Shown in pieces: positions 1 through 20,083 of a stretch of DNA of 64,000 bases. The translations under genes and the position numbers were made by a program. Location: assembly GCA_012026655.1 (NCBI GenBank), contig JAAILG010001229.1:1-64000 (forward strand), read 5' to 3'. Positions within the stretch are counted from its first letter, which is position 1; the number at the start of each line of letters is the position of its first letter. The stretch is from Hydrolagus affinis (taxonomy: Eukaryota). The notes under the pieces were generated by a model that saw only the letters and a list, made by a program, of their open reading frames with translations, did no database searches and was not told the origin of the DNA.

Positions 1-134
1 TCTCGACAAGTAGGCCTCCCACCCTCGGCTTTGTGCTTTGTCCACCTCCCTCCCCTCCCCGGGGCCCAGCCTCTCCCCTCAGCCTCTCGCACCAAAGCCC
101 GGAGCTGCTACAGCTTCGTACAACTCCGGAGAGG
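1..134 (+). other. RAB14: Probable 3' part of non-coding RAB14 exon 1 (5'UTR, GC-rich)
   Basis: GC/CpG-rich start of the window ending in GAGG|GTGAGG at 135. Vertebrate RAB14 has a non-coding first exon. The boundary is inferred. Confidence 0.45.
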
Positions 135-3100
135 GTGAGGTTCTGGTACATTCTGTGCATTAAATGTCTAACCCCCGCCCCCCCCCAATTCTCTCTCTCA
201 CTGTAACTGTTTTTGTTTTGCTGCATTGTGTTTTGAACAGTGCAGTGTTGTGTTTCCTCCCGGGTGCTGTGACTTTAGTACCGTTAGACTAGAGGTAGAC
301 TAGACATTCGGAGTATTTTTATTTCGCAGTGTTGCTACTGTAATGTCCTTTCTTCCCCCACTCTACTCAGTGCAGTGTTTACTTGCCACCCAGACAGGTG
401 CAGTCAGCTGATTAATCGCACTGGTATATGTAAGAAGGATCGTTGAGTGTTTTTGACTTGGTTACCATTCACAACATGTACTGTACCAATAAATGAGATG
501 CCGCTCTCTACGTCCTCGACGTATGCAGTCAAATCACTTCACAGTATCTTCTGTGAAGCACTTTGAGACGTCTCAAATACTTGATCAGACTCTATATCAA
601 ATGCAAGGTTTATTATGTTGTTGATTTAGTATAGGTTGGGAATTGCAACTAAATTTCAACCAAAATGGTTTTAGTATAAAAAGCACAATAATAATTACTG
701 AAATGGACAATACTTTTTAAGAGTAGCTTCTGTTTTTTTCAAATACCATATCTAGGATTATGGTAAGAGTGTGGGGGTAGGGTGGGGGGGAATTGGTGGA
801 TGTCCTTCGTCTTGTAGCATTTTTTCATTTTATAGGAAAAAAAATCACCTTTTTATTACCATAAAATAACAAACGGTGAACTTCTAAATAATTGTTCACC
901 AGGAACTGTTGTGAGCATCTATTGATGCTGCCTGTGGCCTCAAATTTGGATTTTTTTTGCATTGTTAATACACAATGTAATTAATTCCCTGTTGAAACAA
1001 TCACTGTTTCATTCTGAAGTGATTTAATATATTGAAAAAGTTTGTGATATAAAAAAGAATTGATCGAGACACGCTTCCAAACTAAAGTTGCTTGTTGACA
1101 AATCAGGTGCAGGCTAGTGTTCCCTTAGTTGAATATTGGGGCCACAGTATTTAAAAAGTTGTACAATTGATGTAAGCATTCAATATATCTTAAGATGCAT
1201 AAGCAGTATATAATGATTCTACTGTCTTAACTAACTTGGATAAGGGGGCCTTTGTATGTCTAATTTAATGCTTGCTTTGTAGATAGAGAGGGTGTATTGT
1301 ATGGGTTGTATAAGTTGCAATGCTATAGTCAAAAGTTTTTGACAGCTGTTTCCCTTTGTCCGGTAACTAAAATCTGGCCTTTGACTTGTCTTTTGTGAAT
1401 TGGGTATTGCATTTCAAATTGACTTTGACTCTTTATTTCTTCCCTCATACTTCCTGCCACGATAATGTTGATTCACTCTTCACGAACAATCTCAGTTAAA
1501 CATGGATTGTTTAACCAAGAGGTTACCGTAACCGCGCTTGGTTCTGCCCTCACCCAGTGTCCATGGGCATTCACAAGGATTCAGTAATAATCAGTAATAA
1601 GAGTGGGAGGAGTGCATGCTTTCAATTTAGAACTCTCCTTCCTCTTTCCTAGGTTGGCAAACTTGAGCCTAATTATGATATTGGCAATCAGCATGTAAAT
1701 GAGAAGAATCTATCTTTAAATTGCACTTCTACATCCTAACTATGTAATGAGTAAATATGGTTAAAATGAAATATATAACAGCAGTGTAGCATTGAGTAGT
1801 AGCCAGGCTTTCTTTTGCTGTTTGGAATAGGCCTGTCAGTGGGCGTGGAGGGTTGTTCATCTATGACACATACTCCTGACTTCTAGCAGCTGAGCTTGAA
1901 ATCCCAGGGAAGCCAGAGCATCAAATGCTTTGGGGTTGGAACATGTTCTTTACCTTTTTCTAGCTTATTCTATCCCACTCCTGTTCCCACTTATATGTGG
2001 CAATGCATCAAATCATAGTATGGTAGCTTTTGGTTCTGAATCCATTAAATGTATATCCTTTTCTGTGCAAGATTAACTGATCAAAGCTGCATTTGTTTGG
2101 AATTTGTCATAATACATAGTTGAAGATTTTTTTTCTTAGATTTGACTGAATTAACTATTAACTAGTGGTGGACAGGTTGGCAAGGTATTCTTTGTTTGTT
2201 GCTCAGTATGGTTTCGGTGAACTGGTGATCATTTTACTCATCAAACTCTCAGTGTAGCTTACTTGGTTGAGTATCATCTTTGGATTGAAGCGGAACGACA
2301 AGCTTTGGTCTACGAATAGTTCTGTCTGCCGGTGAGTTTTACCCTGTGGTGAGCAGAATATTGTAATTGGAAGTAAGCATCTTGAAGTGTGTGTGTGTGG
2401 GGGGGGGGAAAGAACCTGCTAACTATAATTTTTTAACTAATGTTAATTTGCTGATTGATACCAGACAGGACACTCCCATTCACTTTATAATAATTGCCTA
2501 ATTCATTGTTCAGCTATCATGGCCATAATTTGGCGATGGCGATTCAGATATTGTTTAGATTTCGCTTTGATGAAGCACACTTGCTTGGTTTACTTGGTGT
2601 GTGTACCAATGAATTGCTGTAAACATCAATTGTGAACATACTAATGGCAAGTGTAAACCTCCATTTACTAATAGGATGGAGCTGGATTCCTTCCAATAAT
2701 TAATGGATTGGCTCAGTTTGAAGGTGGAACAGCCAATTTATTCGACTTCTCCTTGGCAGTAGGTGGTTAGAATCATAGAATATTACAGCACAGAAAGAAG
2801 CTATTTGGCCCATCGGAAGGATGTCCCATTCCACTGTTTTTTCCCCTTATCCCTGTAAATACAGGTGCCCTTCCTTTTTTCTGCCCCCTTTTCTTCCTGA
2901 CTTTTTAAAATGAGCCAAATATAGAAAGCTGTTTATTCCATCATCATTGTTAGTATTTCCGAATCCAATAATAAAGTGTGACAGATTGCAACCAGTGTGT
3001 AAAGTGGCAAAATAAAGTGGAGCTTTGGTAGTGCTGGGGTATGTTTGTACCTGTGATTCTCCTCTCTGTGGGTTAACTGTTTTTGGCAGGCAAAGGTGCT

Positions 3101-3415
3101 AATCACAGAGCAGACATATGTACCTGGACCTTAAAATAATCTGAACACACTTGTATTGTGTTTAGATTATGATGTAGTCTAGAAAATCCTCTTTTTGGTT
3201 TTATCCAGTGAGTTGAAACAAAATTGATTTTATAATAAGTTGCTGCTGATTTCACAAATGAATGATCCGAATTGCAACCTAAAGTCTAAATATATTTGAG
3301 TTGTATAGATCAAAATGCAGCATTGGGCAGTGCCATTTGTGTAATTAAACTTGCTATGTGTACAATGTATTTTCATCCTCTTAAGGTTGACTCACTATGG
3401 GTATATCTCTGGATA

Positions 3416-3832
3416 CAACAACAACAACAATTTAAACTTATAAAGCGCCTTTCACATCGGGAGGACGTCCCAAGGCGCTGCACAGGAGGCGTGTGACCCG
3501 AGCTGGGGGGGGAGTGTTCGGGAAGGGGTGAAACATGTAGGGGAGGTCGAAAAGTTCGGGGGGGAACAAAAGGCACGGTCGAAGAGGAAAGTCTTCAAAC
3601 CGGCCTTGAAAGAGGAAAGGGAGGAAACAAGGTGGAGGGATTGGGGGATGGAATTCCATAGGGTGGGAGCGGAGAAACTGAAGGCCCGGCCTCCGATGGT
3701 GGGCGGTTCGGGCGGGGGGCTTGGAGCAGGCCAAGTCCTGCTGAACGGAGAGTCCGGGTGGGCTTATAGGGGGTGAGTAAGTCGGATAAATAGGGCGGGG
3801 CAAGGCCGTGTAAGGCCTTGAAGGTGAGGACA
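3416..3832 (-). mobile_element. L2-clade LINE 3' fragment
   Basis: L2 ORF2 C-terminal remnant plus 3' tail CGCCTTGGGACGTCCTCCCGATGTGAAAGGCGCT...(TTG)n. Confidence 0.75.
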
Positions 3833-5928
3833 CGGATACATTATATAGTTTGGGTCACAACATACCAAGCGACTTCCAGGATAGTGGAAGGCAAACTAGA
3901 TTGAACATAGTCTTCTTATACCTAGCAAATTATGTTATTAAGTAGATTTGCCAATAGTGTAGCTACATTTCTGAGCAAATTTGAGTTTTTCCAAACTTGA
4001 CTCCATAAGCACCAGTTTTTCCATATCCTTTCTCTCACAATGTGCCTCCCTGGAGGAAATGCATGTTCTTCTGTTGGCATTCTAGGATGAAACATGTTCG
4101 TCTTTCAAATCCCAACTTGTTTCAACCATAATCTCTCCTGGCACGTGAGCGTTTGGCTGGCAGATAAGCAAGAATTGATTTTAAAGCTAAATTACATCTT
4201 AAAAGCAATATTTGCTTCTTTTCTCCTGGGAGAGAAATTTGGCTCCGGTTTAAACTTCAGTACAATTAAGATGTCCATTTACTGTATTTTTCTTTATTGA
4301 AAACTGCTGTTGTTGTTCCCATTACCACGAGTTAGCTGAGTAACTGGAAGCTGCCTTTTACAACTGGCTGATCTGAGGCGTGATGAGACATAAACTAAGG
4401 TTTCTATTTACACTTGGCATACCATTTTAAGAAATTTTGGGGTATAGCTATTAAGAATATTTGGCAGATCTACAGAAACTTGGAATTTTGTTTTGGTGAA
4501 CTCACAACTGAGCTGGGAGCATCCCTCGTAGAACTAAACTTGCCATAATTTCTTTGTTACTAGTCTCTGTAAACAGTCGTCAAACAAGCCTGGTCAGCAA
4601 ATGCACAAGGACTGAGTCACTGAGGACTAGGAGTGGAGTTATTGCTAGAGAGTTGAGGAAGTGTTAGTCCTTGGGAAGTGCCAGTCTTATATGGTGAAGG
4701 ACAGGAACAGTAGGTTGTTGAGGTGATGCTACTCAAGTGGATTGTGTCAATTATCTGTTTGCTTCCAAAGTGGTTTGCTTTCAGAGCTTGTTGGGAGTTC
4801 AAAAGGTAGAATCCTTTTATTAACTTTCACTTGCAGCAGTTGCGTTATTGGCTATTTAATGAGTTGGAGTCACTGTGGTACTTGTGGTTTAAATCCTTCT
4901 CCTGAGTGTTTTAAACTCTACATGGACCATCTGGTGAGTTGCTTTTTTTTTCAACTCCACAACTGGAATACAAATGGAATCCATTGCTTTTTAAAAAATA
5001 TTTAAATGCAGCAGTATTATTACAGAACCACTCCCTGTATAGCAGCATGCTTTTGCTGCTATAGGCCTAAACCTGGTCACATTGCCGAAGAAGACAGAAT
5101 TTTGAACCCTCTTTCAGCTGCTGAAATGGTAGAAACCCAAGAGCAGTATGCTTGCTCATGTCAGTAAGGCAGCTGGTAATGATAATTGGTACTGTTTGCC
5201 AATATTGGGATAGCTTTCCTGTAATTGAATACTAACTGTACAGAATGAATAGTTCTCTTTGACCTGCTAACTCTACATTGACCTGTGTGCTCCCTCTGCT
5301 TCAGACTGCTCCAGGTTACCTGTGTGGCCCACCCCACCATCGGAGGTCGGGCCTTCTACCACCCCGCCCCCAGCCTTTGGAATTCGATACCATAGTCCTT
5401 TTGCTCTCTCCCTTGCCTCCTTCAAGGCTTGTCTCAAGACCTTATTTTTCGATCACCTTCTCTACCCTTGACCCTCCCGATCATAGAATCTTACAGCACA
5501 AAAGGAGGCCATTCGGCCCATCGAGTCTGTGCCGGCTCTTTAAAAAGAGCAATTTAATCCTACTCCCAGCTCTCTCCCCATAACCTCGCAAACCCGTCCT
5601 CCCCAAATAAAAGTCTACCTCCGCTTGGGTCCGTATCCCTGACTATCCAACCCTTGGGACGTCCTCCTAATGTGAAAGCTGCAATGCCAATGTAATTTTT
5701 TGTTCTCATTGAATCTTCAGAAAAGATGATTTCAATGATTGTCACTCTTTAGGTTCACTCTCTGCCTAATTGTTTTTTCATCACAACGTACTGTTCACAG
5801 TTAGCGGTTTAGTGATTGTAGTTAGCTAGTTTGCGGATGAATATTGTTTGAAGTGAATTGCAGTATTTACTTGTTCAGATTTCTAAGACAAATGATTATA
5901 TTGATTTTCCTTTTCTCTTACAGCCAGA

Positions 5929-13979
<8,051 letters not shown>

Positions 13980-15955
13980 TGGTCTTCTGCACGCCAGTAC
14001 GTCTCCGACCTTTCTCTTTGTCTGTCCGAGCAGTATTTCTAGCTGCATCCCTCATCCGCTGATAATCTGACGGGATATACGCTGCTGCGACAACAGTTTA
14101 ACACGATAAAATGGCTCTTCGCTAAAAAAAAAACACACATACACACACACACACACCGTAGATACTGGATTACAAGGAAAATGAGTAGAGTAATAAGCCT
14201 CTCTTGCATGGAATCTAGAATTGAAATATTTTCTTACTCATTCTTGTGGTAGTTCCTCATCATTCGCTATCGTCTGTGATTTGAATTTCGTGTCAGCTGT
14301 ACTCAGGCTGACGTTTCTTAATTCATTCTCCCCCTATTCCCCCCCCCCAACCCTGCCCTCCCATGGGCAGGGTTGTAGACCTGATCTTCCCTGTTCAAAC
14401 AACCACCTGTTCTGCCATAAACTGTTGTCCACACTGTTCAAAGTTACTGATCGGTTCTGTGACGGACACCAAGGCTTGATCCCAGATTGGGTGTCTGCCG
14501 CCACATCCACTGAGCTTGTTGCTGTTCGTGAGTTCACCCCTCGTTACATGTTTTCCCAGGGCTCTAATTCCAGCTTCTGTCTTAACCTTGTAAATGATAA
14601 CCTGTCTCCCCCTTTTCAAATTACAAAGAAGGCTTTATTAGTGTGCTTTTTTTTTTGCCATTTTATTCTTTACATTTACTAACAAACAATACGTAAATAT
14701 GTAAAAAATTTGAAGGAAGCTGAGCTAACATTTAAATACATCTGTGTGTGTATATGATTTTAATGAAGAAACCAATTGATTTACTGGCACCTGCTAGAAA
14801 AGTACCAGTTTGTACAGTACAATCTGTAAGTGACCATGTTGCCCCTTTAAGCACAGAATAATCACATTTTAAATAAAAAAAAGCAAAACAAGCAGTACTT
14901 TAACACTAGTTAAGTTTCGTATTCTCTTGTCTTGTTCCATCATTGCACTGTGGAGACTCTGCCGCTAACCCTGTTATTGTGCAATTGAACGTGTAATGTT
15001 CTCTGTAGATGTCCTGCGTTCATGGCTGTATTTAATGCCTTATATTGTTTTAAAAAAAAACTGGGTGAATTAATGCACATGTATGTGCTTTTATACTCAC
15101 ATTTAGGTGCAATTGTCCTTTAATGAACTGGAAAGATTTCCATTCAAAGAGTAGATTAAGTGGGGGGGGGCTGTTTTTTATTTTTAAACCCTATTTTGCT
15201 TTTTTGCATTAAACACTTGGTGGAATTACAAAATGGTCTGCATTGACCTGTTTTTTTTATTATTTCAGGGGATGAACATTTAATCTTCAAATGGTGATTA
15301 AGTTTGCCTTTAGTGGCATAATTGTGGTTGAAAATACTGCTGAATGCATCTTCAGTTGTGTAAAATGGGTCTGTACTGTTTAAGCAATGCATCCAATGTC
15401 AGGTAAGGAGGAAGGGAGTACTCCCATTTTTCCCCATATGTATGACACCTGAGCAGTCAAATCCTCGCACTTGTGTAGAGAAAACAAAACACCATAGGGT
15501 CCTGTACAGAAACGTGGGAATCTGCAATCTATTGGAAACTTTGTCAATTTGTGCACTGTCCCTAGTTTGTAGTGTTTTAAGTTGTAAGAATGTGAACCTT
15601 TTGTTGAGCTGGTGGGATAATTGTTGAGCGGAGAAAGGACGTGGTCAGGATTTTCTTGTCTTTGCTTAAAATGATGAGCCTTTGCTTCAGTGAAGTGTTA
15701 ACCAGGGACCACAGCTTTGCATCCAGCGTGCAGGGAATTGGGCGAGGCGATTCAATCTAATTCTGCTAAAGTTTGCTTCGGTTAATTGGTGATACGAGAC
15801 CTTAATTACTCCTGAACAGCTTTACGGTAGGGCCTTGTTGTTTATATATCTGTGATCGAAAAAAAAATTACTTTGAACTGCTGTACCTTTCATTTGATGG
15901 AACAAAATGCTATTAATCTGAATTTGTAAATAAAGTACCTGTATCTAGTTAAGTT
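13980..15955 (+). other. RAB14: RAB14 3'UTR
   Basis: AU-rich, transposon-free stretch after the stop. AATAAA at 14872 and 15929. The 3' end is approximate. Confidence 0.65.
15929..15934 (+). terminator. Candidate RAB14 polyadenylation signal
   Basis: AATAAA preceded by TGTA and followed by GT-rich gttgtctttgtagt. Confidence 0.6.
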
Positions 15956-16454
15956 GTCTTTGTAGTCCTTTAAGATTTAAGATTGTAACTTTGATCCTCG
16001 AAACTCCAAGACGATATTACTCCACCTCTCAATTGTGGCACATCAGTGAGCTAGCTAAATGTATATGTTTAGAGATCTGGCAATGCAGTGTCTGTAATCA
16101 TTCAAAAATAAATCATTTACCAGGTAAATAGTCACAGACCGTGGGATTCTGTGGAATAAACTATGCCAATCGCAAACCCTCTGAATTGTCTCTTTACTCC
16201 TTTAAGAACCTTTCATTTTTGTGGATCAGGAAAAGATTGTACTGTAGTAAATTTCTGGCCCAGTCTGTGTTGCACAATGTGAATGAAAAGTAAGATTACA
16301 TTCACCTTCTAGCCTTGGCTACCTTGAGGTAGAATCAGAATATTACAGCACTGGTGGCTTTTTACCTCTGACAAACTCTCCCTGATGTTAGTTGACTTGC
16401 CAGTACTTACTGTTCAGCAGTTGACAAACTTTTTAAAAACAAAATGTACCCTTA

Positions 16455-16712
16455 AAACCTACCTTGCAAGTGAGAGACCCGGGTTCGATTCCAGGCAGGG
16501 CGAAACCTTAGGCAAATAATGCACACGCCTAATAATAATCCCTCAAAAAAAATTGGCCACACAATCCATGACTGTGGGATGCTGCTGTGCGCAATTGGCT
16601 GTAGTGTTTCACCCACAAAATATAGTCAATTCACTTTACAGTATATTCTGTGAAATGCTTTGAGATATCTAGATGTGAAAAGGCGTTATTATCAAATGTA
16701 AGGATTATTATT
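16455..16712 (+). mobile_element. tRNA-derived SINE copy (5' truncated)
   Basis: GGTTCGATTCC B box, Deu core, (TTA)n tail. Confidence 0.8.
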
Positions 16713-16999
16713 TCTCAAAGCTTTTTCAAAGCTGAGCTGCAAAATACAATCCACATTCAATGTGTTCTGTCCTAGTTTTTTGACTACAGTATTTAAACGT
16801 TAATTATTTTCAAGAGTGATGGGATTTCAACAAAATATTGAGCCAGGCACCAGCAGATGGCAGCCTTTCACAGGATTCAGCTAAATTGGGTGATGAGATT
16901 GATAACCAACATTAACTCTTCGCCCTGTGGTCAACTGGTCTACTTTTAACCACAAATGCTTTATTCAAATTTGGTGTTGGAAATGTGGGATTTTAAACA

Positions 17000-17330
17000 A
17001 CAACTTACATTTTATGTAGCACCCTTCACACAGGGTAGTGTCCTGCTTCAGCTCTTCACAGTGGCATATTTTGACCCCCGAGCCAGAGGGAGCGGGAAGG
17101 ATTGAAAAGGAAAGTCGTTCGATGGGATTTGAAAGTGCGGAGGGAGGAGGCAAGGTAGAGTGCCAGAGATTCAGGGCATAGTGGCTGAAGGCATGCCCAC
17201 TGATGGTAGAGAGAAGGGATGAGGGACAAACAGGACGCCAGAGACAGCTGAGCTGAGGCAGTAGATTGTGGGTAAGCAGATTGGATAAGTAGGGAGGTGC
17301 AAGGACATTGAAAATGAGTGAGAGGATCCA
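17000..17330 (-). mobile_element. Degenerate L2 fragment
   Basis: Similar to the other L2 3' copies in the window. Confidence 0.55.
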
Positions 17331-18226
17331 TGTGATTTTCTGGCTAACTGGAAAATCTTGAAAGGAAGTTAAGCTTCCCGACTTGAGTTACAAACACTTG
17401 TAACTGTAATGTTAGATCAAATCCCTTGCTCTTCCCTCAGCCTGTCTTGCAAGGAAAATAATAATAATTGCACTTGATGTTGAGACATCTCAAAGTGCTT
17501 CACAGAATATACTGTATAGTGAATTGACTATATTTTGTGGGTGATAAAGAATTGAGATTCCCTTCTCTCCCACAATTCGCCACTCTATAACCAAATACTG
17601 AGGAAAGGCACTGCTTGCTGTGAGCTTTGAACTTTCTAAAATATTCTTTTGCGAATTGCAATAAATCTTCCTTCCGTGTTTTCTGGGAGTGAAGTACTGA
17701 GAACTCAGAAGTAGCCCTGTGAAAATAATGGGCAAACCCATGTCCATTTTTTAGAACCTTTTAATATATAAAATACATAATTTAGAAACCCCAAATGTTT
17801 AAAAAAAATGTACAAATTTGCTCATGAATTCAGTAATCCTGTAAAGGACAATGAAATAGAAAACACGTTGCATTGAAGGGAGACCAATTTCTAGAGATGC
17901 CATTTGATCCATTTTCTCTGCAACTGATCCCATCGAAAGGCTCCTTTCACCCTGGAGCTTCCAGGTGCAGTGAGAAAGCAGTGAATACTCTAACCCTCGG
18001 CTCAGAGACACCACAATATCTGAGGTAGGTGGGTGGGTGAATGACCCTGGATACTCTTGGTTAAATGAAACCAGCAATTTTGGGGTGAGCAGCTTCACCA
18101 ACTTTCTCCTGTGGAAAGAACAGTTTTGTGAATAAGCATTGGTTTATAATTTATCAGATGGTTTCTCTCCTCTCTCTGCAGCTTGTTTGATGTATTAAAT
18201 TAACCATTATCAAATGGTACCATTAA

Positions 18227-18297
18227 ATTGGTAGGGAGTTCCAACTCTGACCTCAACACAAATTGTATTGGGGTCAGAGTTGGAACTCCCTACCAAT
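18227..18297. repeat. 71-nt near-perfect inverted repeat
   Basis: 30-nt arms 18227-18256 and 18268-18297, 29/30 complementary. Confidence 0.9.
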
Positions 18298-19059
18298 GCT
18301 GAAGCAAACACAGAATTTGCATTTTCAAATGGGGGTGGGAGGGGGAGCCAGAATGAGACAACCAACCTAAAAAAAGCCACCTCCTCAGTTTCTATTCTCA
18401 CTCCAGAGTGCGTGCCAACTGCGTGTGAATTACAGGAACGCTGTGTAACGGTTCCTCGTCATATGTGGCACCCAGTACAGCTCAAAAAACAATTGACTTT
18501 CGAGACTCAAAAACCACGGTCGATCGGCTTTTTTTTGTCACTGGCGGCGGCTGATCGTTCCCAAGTCCCTGCTGAGATCAACAGCACTCACCTCAGGCAG
18601 AATCAAGCACTGAACGTCAGCCAAGGCTCGAATCTAAACCCCAGCCCTGTATGTTCACACATAGTCTGAAATCTGCTCCATTTTACCATATCTTGGTGGA
18701 GCCATATCCCTCAATATCCCTGTTCATGTTTTCCTACAATATTCATCGTTCAAATGTAACCATTGGAAACATCGAGTGATCTACATGTGCGTCTTTAAAG
18801 ACCCCAAAGGGTTAAACAGGAGCTGGGACGATCCCCAGGTAATGACTTGAGAGTTGCACTTGAGGTCATTGGCTCCGGCAACTGATGCCCGTAATTCACG
18901 TATGATCCAGTAATTGTTTAGTCATCCTGCCCACAACCTGTGCACTCTTAGGAAACATTGGACAGCTCACTGCAACGAGAGTCCATCTGGCTGAGACCAC
19001 ACAGCGACAGTTCCTTTGAACCTGTCTCCCACTCCCCTCTCATCACCACTATAACCCGC

Positions 19060-19872
19060 ATATAAACCAATCACCTGCTCCCTCCATTCCATCCCTACCC
19101 CTCTCCTTACCTCAGTTCCACCTCCTTGCCCTTCTACTCAGACATCATAAACCCCTCCCAATCGACTCTCACCGTTCTCCATCCATGGATACACACTCCC
19201 CCTCACTGAGCCAGTCCAGAACCTTAGTGTTCAATCCTCAACTATCCTTACTACTCCACATCCATGCCATGACCTTCCCCCTCCTCTGCAACATTGCCCG
19301 GCTCCACCATTGTCTCATATCGCAGGCCAGGCCATCAAAACTCATATGTGCATTCATAGCATCTTGGCTTGACTATGCAAACTCCTTGCTTGTCAGCCTC
19401 TCCAATTCCTCCCTCTACAAGCTGCAGGTCATCCAGAACTCTGCAGTCCAAATCCTCTCCTTCACCCCCATCCTCCCTCGACTCCACTGGCTCACCATCA
19501 CACAGAGGATACAGTTCAAGTTCCTGGTCCTCACCTTCGAAGCCCTCTATGGCCCCATTCTCCACTACCTCTGCCCTGACTCCCTACCCTCCTGTCCTCT
19601 CCCTCTGCTCAGTGGCCTTCAGCCATTGCTGGGTGGAGCTTCAGCCACTCTGCCCCCACCCCCTAAAAGCCATCCTGCAGTCCCTCTGCCTCACCCCATC
19701 CTCTGCCTCGTTCAAGTGCCACCTCAAGGACCTCCTCTTCTACCTTGCTTTCGATCAGTCTGCTTCCCCACTCTTCCAAATCCCTAACCCCTACTTCGGT
19801 CGAAATACTGTCTCTCCAGCGCCTTGGACGTCTTCCCAATGTGAAAGGTGTTATATACACATCATTTTATTG
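19060..19872 (+). mobile_element. L2 LINE 3' fragment (ORF2 C-terminus)
   Basis: LDYANSLLVSL...KLQVIQNSA...PILPRLHWL..QRIQFK.LVLTF; L2 tail at 19817-19860. Confidence 0.85.
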
Positions 19873-20047
19873 CCGTTGTGGATTCAGGCCTTTTTGAGGA
19901 TCAGAGTAACATTGCCTCAACTGTACAGGACTTTCTTCGAGTGAGTGAAGAGATGCAATATTTAATCGCCCAGGGAACCTTCTCTGACTGGCTCTCAAAT
20001 CAATGCCAGGAGGGGGCGAGAACATGGCACACAAAATTAGCCGTCTG

Positions 20048-20083
20048 TCACATGCTCACACGATCACTAAGATTATGTCGATC
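20048..20083 (-). CDS. CNTRL: Candidate CNTRL terminal coding exon
   Basis: CTAAC branch point plus gttcctttcag acceptor, [14 protein letters not shown]. Confidence 0.6.
   Translation of the reverse strand, partial: DRHNLSDRVSM

Noticed and set aside
14221-14682. 153-aa ORF in the RAB14 3'UTR
   Set aside because: It has a TTG start, no recognisable domain and UTR-like composition.
19185-19787. 200-aa ORF between the two genes
   Set aside because: It is a degenerate L2 ORF2 C-terminal remnant, not a host gene.
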